Shown here piece by piece: positions 1 through 12,214 of a DNA stretch of 64,000 nucleotides. Within the stretch, counting starts at the first letter, position 1, and each line of letters opens with the position of its first letter. Source of the stretch: Eledone cirrhosa (taxonomy: Eukaryota); assembly GCA_964016885.1 (NCBI GenBank), contig OZ024741.1, positions 254,138,001 through 254,202,000 on the forward strand, written 5' to 3'. Below the pieces are notes generated by a model that was not told the DNA's origin, made no database searches, and worked only from the letters and a program-made list of their open reading frames with translations. Both the position numbers and the translations under genes were made by a program.

Positions 1-245
1 CTGGCATAAATTCCATAAAATGTACACAATGCAGATCTTGGGTGCACAAGAGATGTAGTGGTATAGCAGGAAAACTAACAGGAAGGGAAAATGATGTATG
101 CAGTAGATGTACAGGGAAAGTTGGCAGTATTAATCGCAGTGATAGACATATTTTTCCAATGCAGGTAGGTTCTATAGAAGTGGTTGATAGCTTCTGGTAC
201 CTAGGTGATCAGATTAGCATGGGGGAGGGGGGTAGTTTTACCTGA
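1..245 (+). mobile_element. RTE-clade LINE fragment (C-terminal ORF region)
   Basis: Translation HKRCSGI...CSRCTG...EVVDSFWYLGDQIS matches the RTE copy at 12527-13273 (HKRSSGI...CNSCTG...ETVDSFCYLGDQIS). Confidence 0.8.
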
Positions 246-417
246 CTATCCAGGTAAAACTTGAACCGTTAAGGTCTCATTCCTGGATATGTCAATATTT
301 ATAAAACAAGCTCTGTATTTTATCTGATGAGAGTGTACCAAAGTTTTGGTACCATGGAAATATATATAATAGAATAAATATTGTTTTATAAATATAGTTT
401 CCATTTATTAATATCAT

Positions 418-452
<35 letters not shown>

Positions 453-483
453 TATATTCATTTTCTTAAGGCTAAAGATTGAA

Positions 484-576
484 TCTTGTTACTCTGGAAT
501 TTTTCTTGCTTCTCACAAGAACAAGTTCTTGTCTGATAACCCTGTGAGAAGCAAGTGAAGCTCCAGAGTAATAAGA
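484..576. repeat. Imperfect inverted repeat (hairpin)
   Basis: TCTTGTTACTCTGGA..CTTGCTTCTCACA pairs with TGTGAGAAGCAAG..TCCAGAGTAATAAGA. Confidence 0.7.
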
Positions 577-867
577 CTCCTTATTTAGTCATAATAAAAT
601 GAATATTTAAACTCCACTTCAGTATTGAGTGCTCTTTTCTCTTGGCTGTCAACTACATATGGATATATATATATATATCCCTCTCTATCTATCTCTATAT
701 ATTATACAGAACTCATAATACAGCCTTGCTCTTCTATATCCCTCACTCTGGCTCTTTCATGTGAAAAAGTCACGTCTGTCATGCCTGAGAAAGGCAACCT
801 GTTACTGCCCCATTAACTTACCTAAAGATACTTTTTATACTTTGTGTACACCTGTATGTACAATGTT

Positions 868-938
868 TATGTGTGTATGTATATGTATGCATTATAAATA
901 TATATGTGTGTATATATATATGTATATATACATATATG

Positions 939-1017
<79 letters not shown>

Positions 1018-1026
1018 ATATATATA

Positions 1027-1102
<76 letters not shown>

Positions 1103-1270
1103 TATATAACATACACATGTGTCTGTGTATATATATGTATACATACATATATGTATATATAAATATATAAAACATACATATATGTCTGTGCACAAAACCA
1201 CACACACTTGTGCACACACACGCCCCCCCCCCCCCCCACACACACACAGACACACAGAAGCACACACAGA
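868..1270. repeat. (TA)n/(TG)n/(CA)n microsatellite block
   Basis: Direct reading; accounts for the YIYI ORFs. Confidence 0.95.
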
Positions 1271-1305
1271 GATGAATATGTATCTGTATGTACAGTAACA
1301 ATATG

Positions 1306-1345
1306 ACTATATATAGTACTGACCAGTTATGGCCAACCCATAGTT
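1306..1345 (+). promoter_or_regulatory. Putative core promoter of gene A (TATA plus Inr-like site)
   Basis: ACTATATATAGT at 1306-1317, CATAGTT about 30 nt downstream, ATG at 1372 in CAACATG context. Confidence 0.55.
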
Positions 1346-1371
1346 GCTGCAAAATACCTCAACAATTCAAC

Positions 1372-1426
1372 ATGAAGTTTCTTCTATTCGTCACCATTTC
1401 TCTCTTTGTCGCTTTAATTGCTGCAA
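1372..1426 (+). CDS. Gene A exon 1: signal peptide MKFLLFVTISLFVALIAA
   Basis: ATG-K plus hydrophobic core; 55 nt, followed by GTAAGT donor (phase 1). Confidence 0.85.
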
Positions 1427-1499
1427 GTAAGTATTATTGTATTGGTGGTACTTCTGATGCATTATGGTACTTGTTTAGTATTTCTGTAAAATGTTTTAC

Positions 1500-1508
1500 C
1501 TATCTATC

Positions 1509-1539
<31 letters not shown>

Positions 1540-1543
1540 CTAC

Positions 1544-1587
<44 letters not shown>
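1500..1587. repeat. (CTAT)n microsatellite; a second tract lies at about 2022-2095
   Basis: Direct reading. Confidence 0.95.
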
Positions 1588-2051
1588 GGTGGACAAGGTT
1601 AAAGGGGCTGAGGTCAGACACCTTTCTCTCCGGCCAACAACTGATTCTTTTTTTCAAATACCACTTTGGAAGAAGAATCAGGATGGAGAGAGAAGTGCTG
1701 TACCCCAGCAAGTTTTATGAAAGATGGGTGAAAGTGGCGAGAATGGCCCGAGTGAATGGGCCTTCTCTCTATATCAGCCTGTAGGTTGAGGAAAAAGAGG
1801 AAGAGAAGAAAGGGGTACAAACTCTTCGTACTCCTGGAGATGAGGGTTGCACATTTTTTCGGGGGTATGTGTTACCCATATGAAATGTCTCCTCCTATTG
1901 GGGAAAATCGATTAATTTTTAAATTGCATTTGTGATAGTATTTTACACGTTTTTATTGTATGTAAACTTCCCCCTTTGTATTTGTCCCCTTCTTTTGTGC
2001 CCCTGTGGCTAATAAAGAAACATATCTATCTATCTACCTGTCTATCTATCA

Positions 2052-2085
<34 letters not shown>

Positions 2086-2154
2086 ATATCTATCTTGTAA
2101 CTCTATTCTGTACCACTATGATAATGATTCTACTCGTCTTCTACCTATGCAGAT

Positions 2155-2790
2155 ATTCTTCTTCTTCTTCTTCTTCTTTGTTGCCCACTTATTCCTGAGA
2201 AGGCCATGGGGGTAAAGTCCTCAAATGCTCCTTCCAGTTGGTCCTGTCAAAAGCAACCCTCTCCAATTAATCTGGCTGGAACTCCAAGTGATACCAGCTG
2301 GGCTCATGGATCTTGCTCAACCATCTTGCTCGGGGTCTATCCCTGGTTTTCCAGTTGGTTTTTGCCCATAAAATCTATGTAGAGTTTCTTTCCTGAGACA
2401 TTCTAACCCCATGCCCATAATATCAGAGCTGTAATATCTCAATTAGGAAAGGTAGCAGCTCTACCTGGTGTGATTCTCTGATCTCTAAGCTATGCACTCC
2501 ATTGAGTAACATTATACCAAATACCCTTTGGAGAAATCCCATTTTGACCATTTGTATTCAAAATCGTACTCTTTCAGTCATTAATCAAGACATGTTTATA
2601 AGTAAGGTTTGGCATGAATACCAAATTGAAGATAGTAAGTTTGGCTTTTAGATCTAGCCATCAGCCATCAGCGATCATATTCTTTTGGACATTACCCAAG
2701 ATTCCATGCATAAAACCACCCAAACTGGAATATTGTGAGAGGTAACCTCTGAAGATGAACACCAAAATAGGTGACACACATGCTTTTTCT
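2155..2790 (-). mobile_element. Decayed LINE 3' fragment with (GAA)n tail
   Basis: Minus strand has degraded RT C-terminal-like text (..GHGVRM.., ..PRGRPRARW-like) ending in a (GAA)n microsatellite. Confidence 0.5.
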
Positions 2791-2966
2791 AAAAAAAAAA
2801 AAGTTTCCATTCTATATCTTTCTATTTTCATCTTTTATTTTTCATTCTATCTTTTGATGAAGGACTAGTGTCCAACACATAAAGATACTTTTCTAACTAT
2901 ATCAAGCGTTAAACTAATATATTTCTTCATTGTACTGTGCTTTTTTCCATTTACTTTTTGCTTATA

Positions 2967-3015
<49 letters not shown>

Positions 3016-3069
3016 CTTACATAACTACAAAGCTCTGGATTGAATTACAACAACATCCTAATTTTCTTA

Positions 3070-3344
3070 TCAACTAGAAACTTTCGGACTTTCGCAGTTA
3101 TCTTCCTTACACCTCTCGCACGCAATTTAGTATTTCCTGTGTGAAGTGATCATTTCTGCGCATGCGCGTTTGTACGGTTGTCCTTCCTGTTCCATATAAC
3201 CATGTCCATTACGAGCTGAGGATCCGCTAAGGTGAAACAATTGCTCTCGGTATGGTGAACTAACTGTTGTGTAACCACTTCTACCTAACTCGTCCCAGGG
3301 ACTGAGTGCTCTACCACTACAGATATTACCTTCCAGTGTTCTAC

Positions 3345-3347
<3 letters not shown>
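3070..3347 (+). mobile_element. Penelope-like terminal remnant with degenerate minimal hammerhead motif; partial second copy at about 3988-4155
   Basis: CGAG-CTGAGGA-stem-GAAA-CAATTG-CT-CTCG at 3212-3249; downstream GGTATGGTGAACTAA...CTGAGTGCTCTA repeats at 4008-4072. Confidence 0.5.
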
Positions 3348-3382
<35 letters not shown>

Positions 3383-3389
<7 letters not shown>

Positions 3390-3778
3390 TAAATGGAATA
3401 GAAAATGCTGACAAATTGTCCACAGTTGAAAAATGGTTTAATTAGGAATAAAAGAGTATTAGTGATTGTATAGGTTAGTATTCAGTTGTGGTTTTAAGTT
3501 TTTAAGTTTTTACCGGTTGCGCATTTCTAAATGCTTTTCAAAAATAATTTTGAGATAGAGTGTCCGTGCTGTTTGCTCTGATCAGAGCAAACAGCACGGA
3601 CACTCTATCTCAAAATTATTTTTGAAAAGCATTTAGAAATGCGCAACCGGTAAAAACTTAACTTAAAACCACAACTGAATACTAACCCATACAATCACTA
3701 ATACTCTTTTATTCCTAATTAAACCATTTTTCAACTGTGAACAATTTGTCAGCATTTTCTATTCCGTCTACCAATATA
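3383..3778. repeat. Spacer-less palindrome of about 400 bp, centred on TGA|TCA at 3579-3584
   Basis: Arms of about 195 bp are near-perfect reverse complements (GTGTCCGTGCTGTTTGCTCTGA|TCAGAGCAAACAGCACGGACAC). Confidence 0.95.
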
Positions 3779-3809
3779 TAATAACTTGTGTGTTACACCT
3801 CTATTCTTT

Positions 3810-3844
<35 letters not shown>

Positions 3845-4069
3845 TAAAATAAAACTTTTAGTCATATTACACCTTAAATAGCCCAAATACTATATAGGCT
3901 AAACATTATAAAATATAGAGCTTCATTTTTCCAAAATATATATATAAATTGCATATAAATGAAGTTGTACAGAAAAGGAAAAACAACTGAGCTGAGGATC
4001 TGAATAAGGTATGGTGAACTAAATGTTGTGTTACTACTTCTACCAAACTCGTCCCATGGACTGAGTGCT

Positions 4070-4130
<61 letters not shown>

Positions 4131-4254
4131 GGATATAACCCACCAGTGTTCTACTATTATATATATATATATATGCATGCATGTGTGTATGTATATATAT
4201 ATATATGTATGCATGTGTGTATGTATATATTATATATATATATGTTATCAATCA

Positions 4255-5175
4255 TCAACATCAAGTGCCAGGCAACTATGAAGATCCTGCCTCCATACAC
4301 AACAATAGAAGATTGAAATTGTCACTAGGAGGTCAAACAAGTTCAACCAAAACCTTGAGTGATGACCTTCCCCAAGGTTGAGTCCTGGCACCAATGTTCT
4401 TTAACATGTATGTGAGTGATACACCCAGGACAACTTCGAGAAAATTTTGTATATGTAGATAACCTTATATGTTGTATAAGAAGATAGACTGCTACTATCC
4501 CTCCTGGTGCCTTCAGCCTAACCCAAGCAAGACCACTGTAATATCCTTCCATTGCAGAGTACTGTTCACCAGTCTGGGCAGGGAGCTACCATGCCAAGCA
4601 TGTTGACACCATCCTCAACTCACGAATGAGAATAGTATCTGGCACACTGAAGTCTACACCTACACAGTGGCTGCCTACTCTTTCTTATATAGCTCCTTCT
4701 CACATCTAATGTCAGGAGATGATCCCTTAAACAGCACTTCTTACTAAGTCCAAGCCTGACCTTCTCAAGATGCACATGAAATCATGCAAACTATTCTTGG
4801 AATCAATGAAAACCCTTCAGAACAATAAGTTTGATTGGAAAGAAGAGTGGCAAAGATCATGGAAGGCATCCAAATTTGCCGACCAGGACCTTGTCCAAGA
4901 CCCTACATCTAAACCAGCTGGCTTTTCCTTTCCTGAAAGCAGTGAGTGTCCTCTAATTTGATTCACACAACATATGCCAGGACAGCTCATCATCTCCATC
5001 GATGGAAAATAAAAGACAGCCCAGCATGTGACTGTGGGGACCCTGCATGTTGTTCGGGATTGCCCTCTCAGAAGTTTTCCAGGCAGCCTGGAGGCTATCC
5101 ATAATGTTGCAAATGGTGCCTTGGTTTGGCTCACCGGTCTCAACTTGCCTCTCTAGCTACTGTGCATATATCATA
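4255..5175 (+). mobile_element. Decayed non-LTR retrotransposon RT fragment
   Basis: Frameshifted LPQG*VLAPMFFNMYVSD motif (RT domain 4, QG.VL.P.LF..Y..D). Confidence 0.7.
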
Positions 5176-5559
5176 TCAAAAGGAGAAGCGATTTAATGAT
5201 TCTCTCACTGTCTGTTTCGCCATACCCTGAGAGAGAGAAGCCGTGTCGCTGCCGCCTTCGCAGCGCGTGCCTCTTTCTTCTTTTTTTTTTTTTGTTATGG
5301 CCATGGGAAGTTGGGAGTCACAGAAGAAGCGAGAGTCGTTGCTCGCAGAATGCTCCATCTCCCGTATTGAAATAATTAACGCTTTTCGTCATTTTTTTTA
5401 TTTCTTGTCGTTCGCTTCGGAGATCACACAGAGAAAGATTTAGAAGAAGGTAACCGATGATGAGAGAGAACGAAAGAAAAGAAACGCAGTAAGCAGGCGC
5501 GGTCGTTTGTCGGACAGGCGTACGCTCTGCGACGAGAAAATGAGATCGAGATCGAAATC

Positions 5560-5809
5560 ATGTAGGTGTCACGACAAAAAAAAGACAGTCCACGCTGTAA
5601 TGTAGCCATAACACGGTAAAAAGTTCCCAGTCCACACTGTAAATGTGGTTGGTGTTAGGAAGGGCATCCAGCCATAGAAAACCTGCCAGATAGTCCTATA
5701 TGAGCGAAACACGGTCACCCGACCAACCTTGTCTCAAGGGGGACAACGCCTGTCTAACCCATGCTAGCGTGGAAGGTTAAACGATGATGATGATGATGAT
5801 GATGATGAT
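5560..5809 (+). mobile_element. RTE-derived 3' end / SINE tail with (GAT)n
   Basis: TGGTGTTAGGAAGGGCATCCAGCC..AACCCATGCTAGC..(GAT)n; same tail at about 6640-6815, 10130-10343 and 20930-21130. Confidence 0.85.
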
Positions 5810-6099
5810 CTAATAATACTGAAAATATTCAGAGTTGTCTCCTCATTAAAAAAAAATGTATTAACGATGGAGTGAATTCTATATTTTCATCAAAGTATAA
5901 TTATTTTGAATTAACTTTTTGACACTAATGACATTAAATAATCTACCACTAACTTTTGCTAACATTATTAATTATTGGGTATTTGCTGGCCTTGTGCCTA
6001 ACGTAGAAACAATTATTAATTATTGGCAGTATAAAGTACCAGTAATGTACTGGGTAATTGCTGGCCTTGTGCCAAAAGTATAAAAAATTATTAATTATT

Positions 6100-6280
6100 G
6101 GCAGTATCGGTAGAGGGTCGGACGCCATGCTTTGATGCATTGAGTTACGGCCCTTGCCATTCTGAGTTCAAATCCCGCCGAGGTTAACTTTGGCTTTCAT
6201 CATTATGGGGTCGATAAAATAAAGTACCAGTAATACACTGGTTAATTGCTGGCCTTGTGCCAAAAGTAGAAACAATTATT
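6100..6280 (+). mobile_element. Abundant SINE family; other copies at about 8430-8585, 15620-15990 (tandem), 16745-17150, 18375-18520, 52765-52970, 53800-53930 and 58150-58335 (minus)
   Basis: Shared core TTCTGAGTTCAAATCCCGCCGAGGTTAACTTTGCCTTTCATCC..GGTCGATAAAATAAAGTACCAGT with a B-box-like GAGTTCAAATC. Confidence 0.85.
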
Positions 6281-6305
6281 AATTATGCCTTCTCTCTATT
6301 CACAG

Positions 6306-6329
6306 GTCCTTCAATTGATGATATAACAT
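6306..6329 (+). CDS. Gene A exon 2 (24 nt): (S)PSIDDIT
   Basis: ttctctctattcacAG acceptor, GTAAGT donor, symmetric phase 1-1, open frame. Confidence 0.75.
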
Positions 6330-7461
6330 GTAAGTTGTTTTTATTTTTCTCAGTCTTCAATATCCACAATATATATTGATTTCTAACATAAACACAAAGG
6401 TTATAGGTATGGTGGAAAGGAGAAGTCAATTATATTGAACTCCAGCTGCTACTTAAGAGATCATTGTCTTCACAATGATAAAAGGTAAACATATTAATTT
6501 CTGAATCATATTTGTTTAGCAAGTGACTTGATTTGAGAGAGTCAATTGAAACTAAAGCAACTACATCATTGAAAAGCCATTTTAACCACTCCTTAAACAC
6601 ATGTAAACTGTTAGATTCACTTTATATTTATTATTTACACAAAGTGGTTGGCATTAGGAAGGGCATTCAGCCATAGAAACCAATCTATGCATACAAACAA
6701 GACATGGTCACCCAATCCATCCAGCCTCAACACATAACAACTTGCATTATCCATGCAAACATGGAAAATAGACATTAAACAGTTATGATAATGATGATGA
6801 TGATGATGATTATGACAATGATTTATTTCAACAACAATAAATAAATAATAAATGTAAAGTGAATTTAACAATTTTTATATTATTTTAAGGCTGGTTAAAA
6901 TGGCCTTTTTGGGGATGTAATAGCTTTGTTATTTTAATCGCTTCCAAGGCAGAGTGATTCATTGGCAGTGAATTGATACTAGATAAGTATTATGTTTGAC
7001 ATAATCAACTTTCACTTCCATTAAATTGCTGGCCTTGTGCCAAAATTAGAAATCGTTATTAATATCTTTCTACAATTCATTTTTTTTTAAAAACTTTTTA
7101 TTTTATGAAGTTTCATTTGTTGGATTGTAATTTCTTTCAATAATAAATTTGTAGGAACCTATTATCGTCTACATGAGTAACTATCAATATTTATTCTACA
7201 AAGGATATCTTTTATTTCAACTCAGAGAGTCACAGAAAATACAGCAAGACACTTTGTCCCAAAGGGCCATAACTCTATGCTGCGAAGCATGATGTCCAAG
7301 GCTCCTCCGATACAGCTAATACACCACCCTACCAAATGAATTATAAAACTGATGTAAAAATCAACTACATATGTGTTAGTATTGGTAACATGACCCTTCC
7401 AAAATATAACACTATCTGTTTGAACACATGATTTTACAGCAAGAATCTTGCAAAACAAATA

Positions 7462-7766
7462 CAGTGGAACCTCGATTCATAACCACCTTTCTTCATGAAC
7501 AATTTTTCCTAACATAAAACATCTCGGTTCATGAACGATGTCCTAAGTAATGAACACACAAGCTGGCAACAAGCTTGAATGTGAGAATGCATCACTTGCT
7601 GTGTAGTTAGTTACTATGGGGATATCTATCAATCTTTTGCACACTCTCTCTCTCACTGTATTTATCTCTGAATATTTTGTATTGGAAAAATAGTTTCAGT
7701 TTATGAAAATTCAGGTACTGAATGGCCTTCAGGAATGAATTAAGTTCATGAACCAGGGTTCCACTG
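7462..7766. mobile_element. Tc1/mariner-pogo (Tigger-like) MITE
   Basis: TA|CAGTGGAACC...GGTTCCACTG|TA terminal inverted repeats with TA target duplication. Confidence 0.85.
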
Positions 7767-7949
7767 TATATAAATATATATCTACTGCTGCTGTTTCATT
7801 ATATTTTGGGGACAAGACAATACTACTTCAATCCCTCATAGCTATGGAGAAAAGACTATAGTTTATGAATAGAATTGGGTAGAAAGGAACTGTGTTGTGT
7901 CCTGTTGGAGAGCGCTGCTCTCATCAATTGTCTTCTGACTAAACCAGAA

Positions 7950-8245
7950 AATACACACACTGACACATACATATGCATACACACACCAAACAGACACACA
8001 CCTCACATACACACACATATGCATACACACACACAACAAATACATACACATAAGCATTCACACTGCACAGACACACACATGCAGATACATATGCATACAC
8101 ACCATACACATACACACACAGCTGCACTCACTGACACATGCAGACACACACACACACATACAAAATACTCAAGTACAGAGACACAGACACAGACATACAC
8201 AGGCACGCTCACTGACATATGCAGACACACACAGACACATACATA
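7950..8245. repeat. Degenerate (CA)n tract; similar tract at 19025-19410
   Basis: Direct reading. Confidence 0.9.
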
Positions 8246-8298
8246 AAATAATTAAACTACTCCATTGTCACTTATATCAAAGTATTTTCATATTTCAG

Positions 8299-8322
8299 TT
8301 AAAATTGAAAGAGCTGTGCAAG
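8299..8322 (+). CDS. Gene A exon 3 (24 nt): (F)KIERAVQ
   Basis: ttttcatatttcAG acceptor, AG|GTGAGT donor, phase 1-1. Confidence 0.75.
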
Positions 8323-9069
8323 GTGAGTAATGGATTTCATATATTTACTCTGTAACTATTATCATTATCATTGTCATCTTGTTAATGAAAGAGTGAGAGA
8401 ATACACAATGCATGTATGTACACACAATAGGCGGGGAATTGGCAAAGGCATTAGAACGTCAGATAGAATGCTTTGTAGAATTCATTTCAGCTCTCTGCTT
8501 TCTGAGTTCAAATCCCACCGAGGTCAACTTTGCCTTTCATTCATTCATGGTTGATAAAAAGTACCAGTCAAGTACTTGGGTCGATTCTTCTTCTACATCT
8601 CTTTCTCATTTCCTTTATCTTACTTTCTCTATCTTTCTCTAGAAGAAATCTACTGTATTCAGGCGTGGAGAGGAGGTGGGCTCTGCCAGATTTAAAAAAT
8701 GCCCTAGAAATGCTGTATGTCAATATGGGGCCCTACGACTCCTGAGGAGTTATGGGTCCATACCATACCATACTTTACACCCACCCACCCACACACATAT
8801 ACATGTTGTTGAGTATGATAGTCTGATTGTATTCTTAGTTAAAATTTTGTGGTAAGTTCTTATCTAGTAACTTGAAGAATATATAAAGTAATTTAGTCTT
8901 AAATAAGTTGTTTGTGGAGGATTATACCATAGGTATGAGTTGCTTTAATATCGTTCAGGTATTTCACCAGCTCAGGATTTTTTTAGATGTCAAAGACTAA
9001 GGTCCTAGTAAATAGAAGGGAAAACAGAACCCTGATTCCTTCAGGGAAATAGCCTTGTTAGTGTGTATG

Positions 9070-10343
9070 AAATTTTAGGTAGAAATTCAATCCTCTGCCC
9101 CAAATGCAAACTATGGGTACACAAGAGATATAGTGGGATCTCAAGTAGTTTAGCTAAGAACGTAGGTTTTACATGCAGTCATTGCACAGGAGCAGTAAGC
9201 AGCTAAAAAACACAGGAAATAAGCACTATCAAATTCTGGGAAGGTTTGATAGAAGCAGTAGACAGCTTCTGCTACCTAGGTGACCAAATCAGCAGTGGAG
9301 GTGGGTATTTTGAAAGTATAGTAGCCAAAGTGAGAATGGGATGGAAGAAGTTCAGGAAGCTACAAAAGGCTTTTCCCTCAAAATGAAAGGCCAACTGTAT
9401 GATGCATGCACATGAACACCAATGGTGCATGGTAGTGAAGCATGGGCACTGTGTGCAGAGGGCTTGCAAAGATTGGAAAGAAATGAAGCTTGCAAGCACC
9501 AATAGATATGTAATAGTAATATACGTGAACGGCAAAGCATAAACAAACTGATAGAGAAACTAGGCATAAGAGGAATCAGATGCAGTGTGCACAGGAGAGG
9601 AGACTGCATTGGTAGTATGGACATGTGATGAATACAAAGATAACAGCCATATAAAAAGATGCAGAGTGCTCAAAGTTGATGGAAGCCATGGAGTAGGAAG
9701 ACCCAGGAAAATTTCAGATGAGTTGATAAAAGCTGACCTTGCACAATTACACCTCTCAACGGCGATGACACAACACCAAGATCGTTGGCGTTATGCAGTA
9801 ATACAGTAGATCCACTTTTCCATGAGCACAGGCTGAAGTATACATTTAGTGTGCATCACCTTCACCTCTACCCCTTCCATTTACCTCCCACATCTTAACA
9901 CTCCACCTCTCATACATGTCCAAATACCCACCTTCTCAATCCCCACACACCTCTCCCACTAAAGTCCGCAGCACTCACTGTAAAGTGGTCATGATGACAA
10001 CACAACAAAAAGCTCCCAGCCTGCACTGTAAAGTAGTTGTGTAGGCTTCACAACAAAAAAAACATCTATCTCATACTGGAAAGTGGTCATGTAGGTGTCA
10101 TGACAAAAAGCACCTAGCCCACATTGTAAAGTGGTCATGTAGGTGTCACGATAAAAAGTACCTAGCACACACTGTAAATATGGTTGGCATTAGGAAGGGC
10201 ATTCAGCTGTAGAAACCAAGCTAAAAGCAGTTCTGTATGAGCAAGGCACGGTTACTTGACTTGGCATTTCTCACAACAGGACAACTCATCTAACCCATGC
10301 TAGCATGGAAAAATGGATGTTAAACGGTGATGATGATGATGAT
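9070..10343 (+). mobile_element. Decayed RTE LINE 3' half with 3' UTR and (GAT)n tail
   Basis: Homologous to the reverse complement of 12215-13290 (VDSFCYLGDQIS, GVGRPRK..., KADL.QL). Confidence 0.85.
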
Positions 10344-10399
10344 ATATATTCATAGATAATATAGATAGATACATTTTATCTTATCTTTTCCATCACCCT

Positions 10400-11070
10400 T
10401 ATGCGAGCCAGCAAGCACAACTTCATGCCAACAATCTCACTTTCCCATCAAGGTTTACAGGTCTTCCTTGTTAATTCTAGTGTCTCTTGCTATGGTATCT
10501 TGGTATCTGAGCTTTCAAGAGGCCTGAAACCATCTAGCATGGAAGCAGTAACCAGCAAACCTGTATGACATTCAATCACTCATGCACTTACTTTTGGGAT
10601 TTTTCCATATATCTAACAAACGACAGGATGGGTCTGCCAAGGAATATTTTGAGCCTTTCTCAGAAGGGTAATGAAACATCCATCTAAACATCTCTGTAGA
10701 CGGGAGTGCAAGGTTCAAGTCTCAGAACCATAAAGAAGGATAGGCTCTACTTTTGTTCTAAACTGGCTGATTTTAAGTTTGTTTGGTATACTGGATTTCC
10801 AAATTCTATCCAGCTTATGAAATGTATTCCAGGCCAAGTATTTGGAAGTCATTTTCTGACTTCGTTATGAAGGAACCAAAGTACTTGCTTTAAGTATTTC
10901 CTCTTTACTGTAAGATAAACTCAGTTTTGAGTCATTGCAGTAGAGTCCAACATAAGCAACAGTTGATTCCAGCATACAAAGGAGAAACTGGACATTTGCT
11001 ACTGAGTTTGTAGAAGGAGTCAAATCATCAGCAAAGTCCAGATTAGTGATATATTCTTTACCTGATTTTC
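10400..11070 (-). mobile_element. Decayed LINE RT fragment
   Basis: Minus strand GACTTTGCTGATGAT (DFADD) near 11030 and KYFGS motif near 10880. Confidence 0.6.
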
Positions 11071-11149
11071 TAAGTTATTATTTATAGCGACCAGCTATTG
11101 TTATAGTGATTTTCTGCATTTGGGATTCTTACACTTTCAAATTTCCCAT

Positions 11150-12025
11150 ATATGACACAATGGATCATGGACTGGCAACTCAAGCTGGCTGTGGACAAGT
11201 GTACCACCATGCATTTTGGGAGGAAAAACTCAGTGTCCACATACTCCCTCCACAACACTAATATCAAGAAGTCTTTTTGTGAACATGACCTGGGCATTAC
11301 TGTCAGTAGCGATTTACGTTGGACAAAGCACATCTCTAAAATTGTCAAGAAGGCCAAAGGTGTCTTGGCATCACTCAGCAAGACCTTTGTCAGCCACTCT
11401 CCAGCTATCTATTTAAAGCTGTATATAGCTATGGTGCAACCACACTTAGAATTTACATCACCAGTCTAGAACCTCCTATCTTCTTCAGAACATTGCCCTC
11501 CTGGAAACTGTTCAGAGATGTGCAAGCAAGCGAAAACTCTCCATCAGGCATCTACCATACTCTGAACGCCTTGCTTCCCTTGGTATGGATACATTGAAGC
11601 TCTGATGTCTGGCAACAGACATGGTAAACACCCACAAAATTATTAACCATCTTGCCAACAACAACTCTGAGCACCTTTTCGAATTCCATATGTCTAACAC
11701 CTGTGGGCATGCCTACAAAGTCAGAAAACAGCACAGCTACCATGACTTTTGGAAACATTTTTTTCACACTCAGCATGGGACAAACTAGCTGCATCAGTTA
11801 TTAGCTGACGGGACACTGCATCCTCTAAAACCTCCATGATACCTGAAATGTGCCAACGCTACACCTAACATTTCCCCTTCCATACACATGCACACATATA
11901 TCTGTGTGTATATCATGACTCATACACTGTTCACTTTCCTGACATTTGTAAATTATTCTATGTTCTATACATGCACCTTTGATGAGTTGTAGTGCACCTG
12001 AGCACTGTACACAATAATTTCATTA
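11150..12025 (+). mobile_element. CR1-clade LINE 3' fragment; related 3' end on the minus strand at about 53490-53800
   Basis: WQLKLAVDKCTTMHFG..EHDLGITVSSDLRWTKHI..LYIAMVQPHLEF, typical CR1/L2 ORF2 C-terminus. Confidence 0.8.
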
Positions 12026-12027
12026 TT

Positions 12028-12058
<31 letters not shown>

Positions 12059-12214
12059 TTGTGTGTATGTATGTATGTATGTATGTATGTATGTATGGGT
12101 GCGTATATATATATATATATATATATGCTTGTGTGTGTATGTTTATGTGTGTGTATGAATGTGTGTGTTTATGTACCAAAGGGGTGGTGTATATGAAAGC
12201 ATATACAATGTGTT

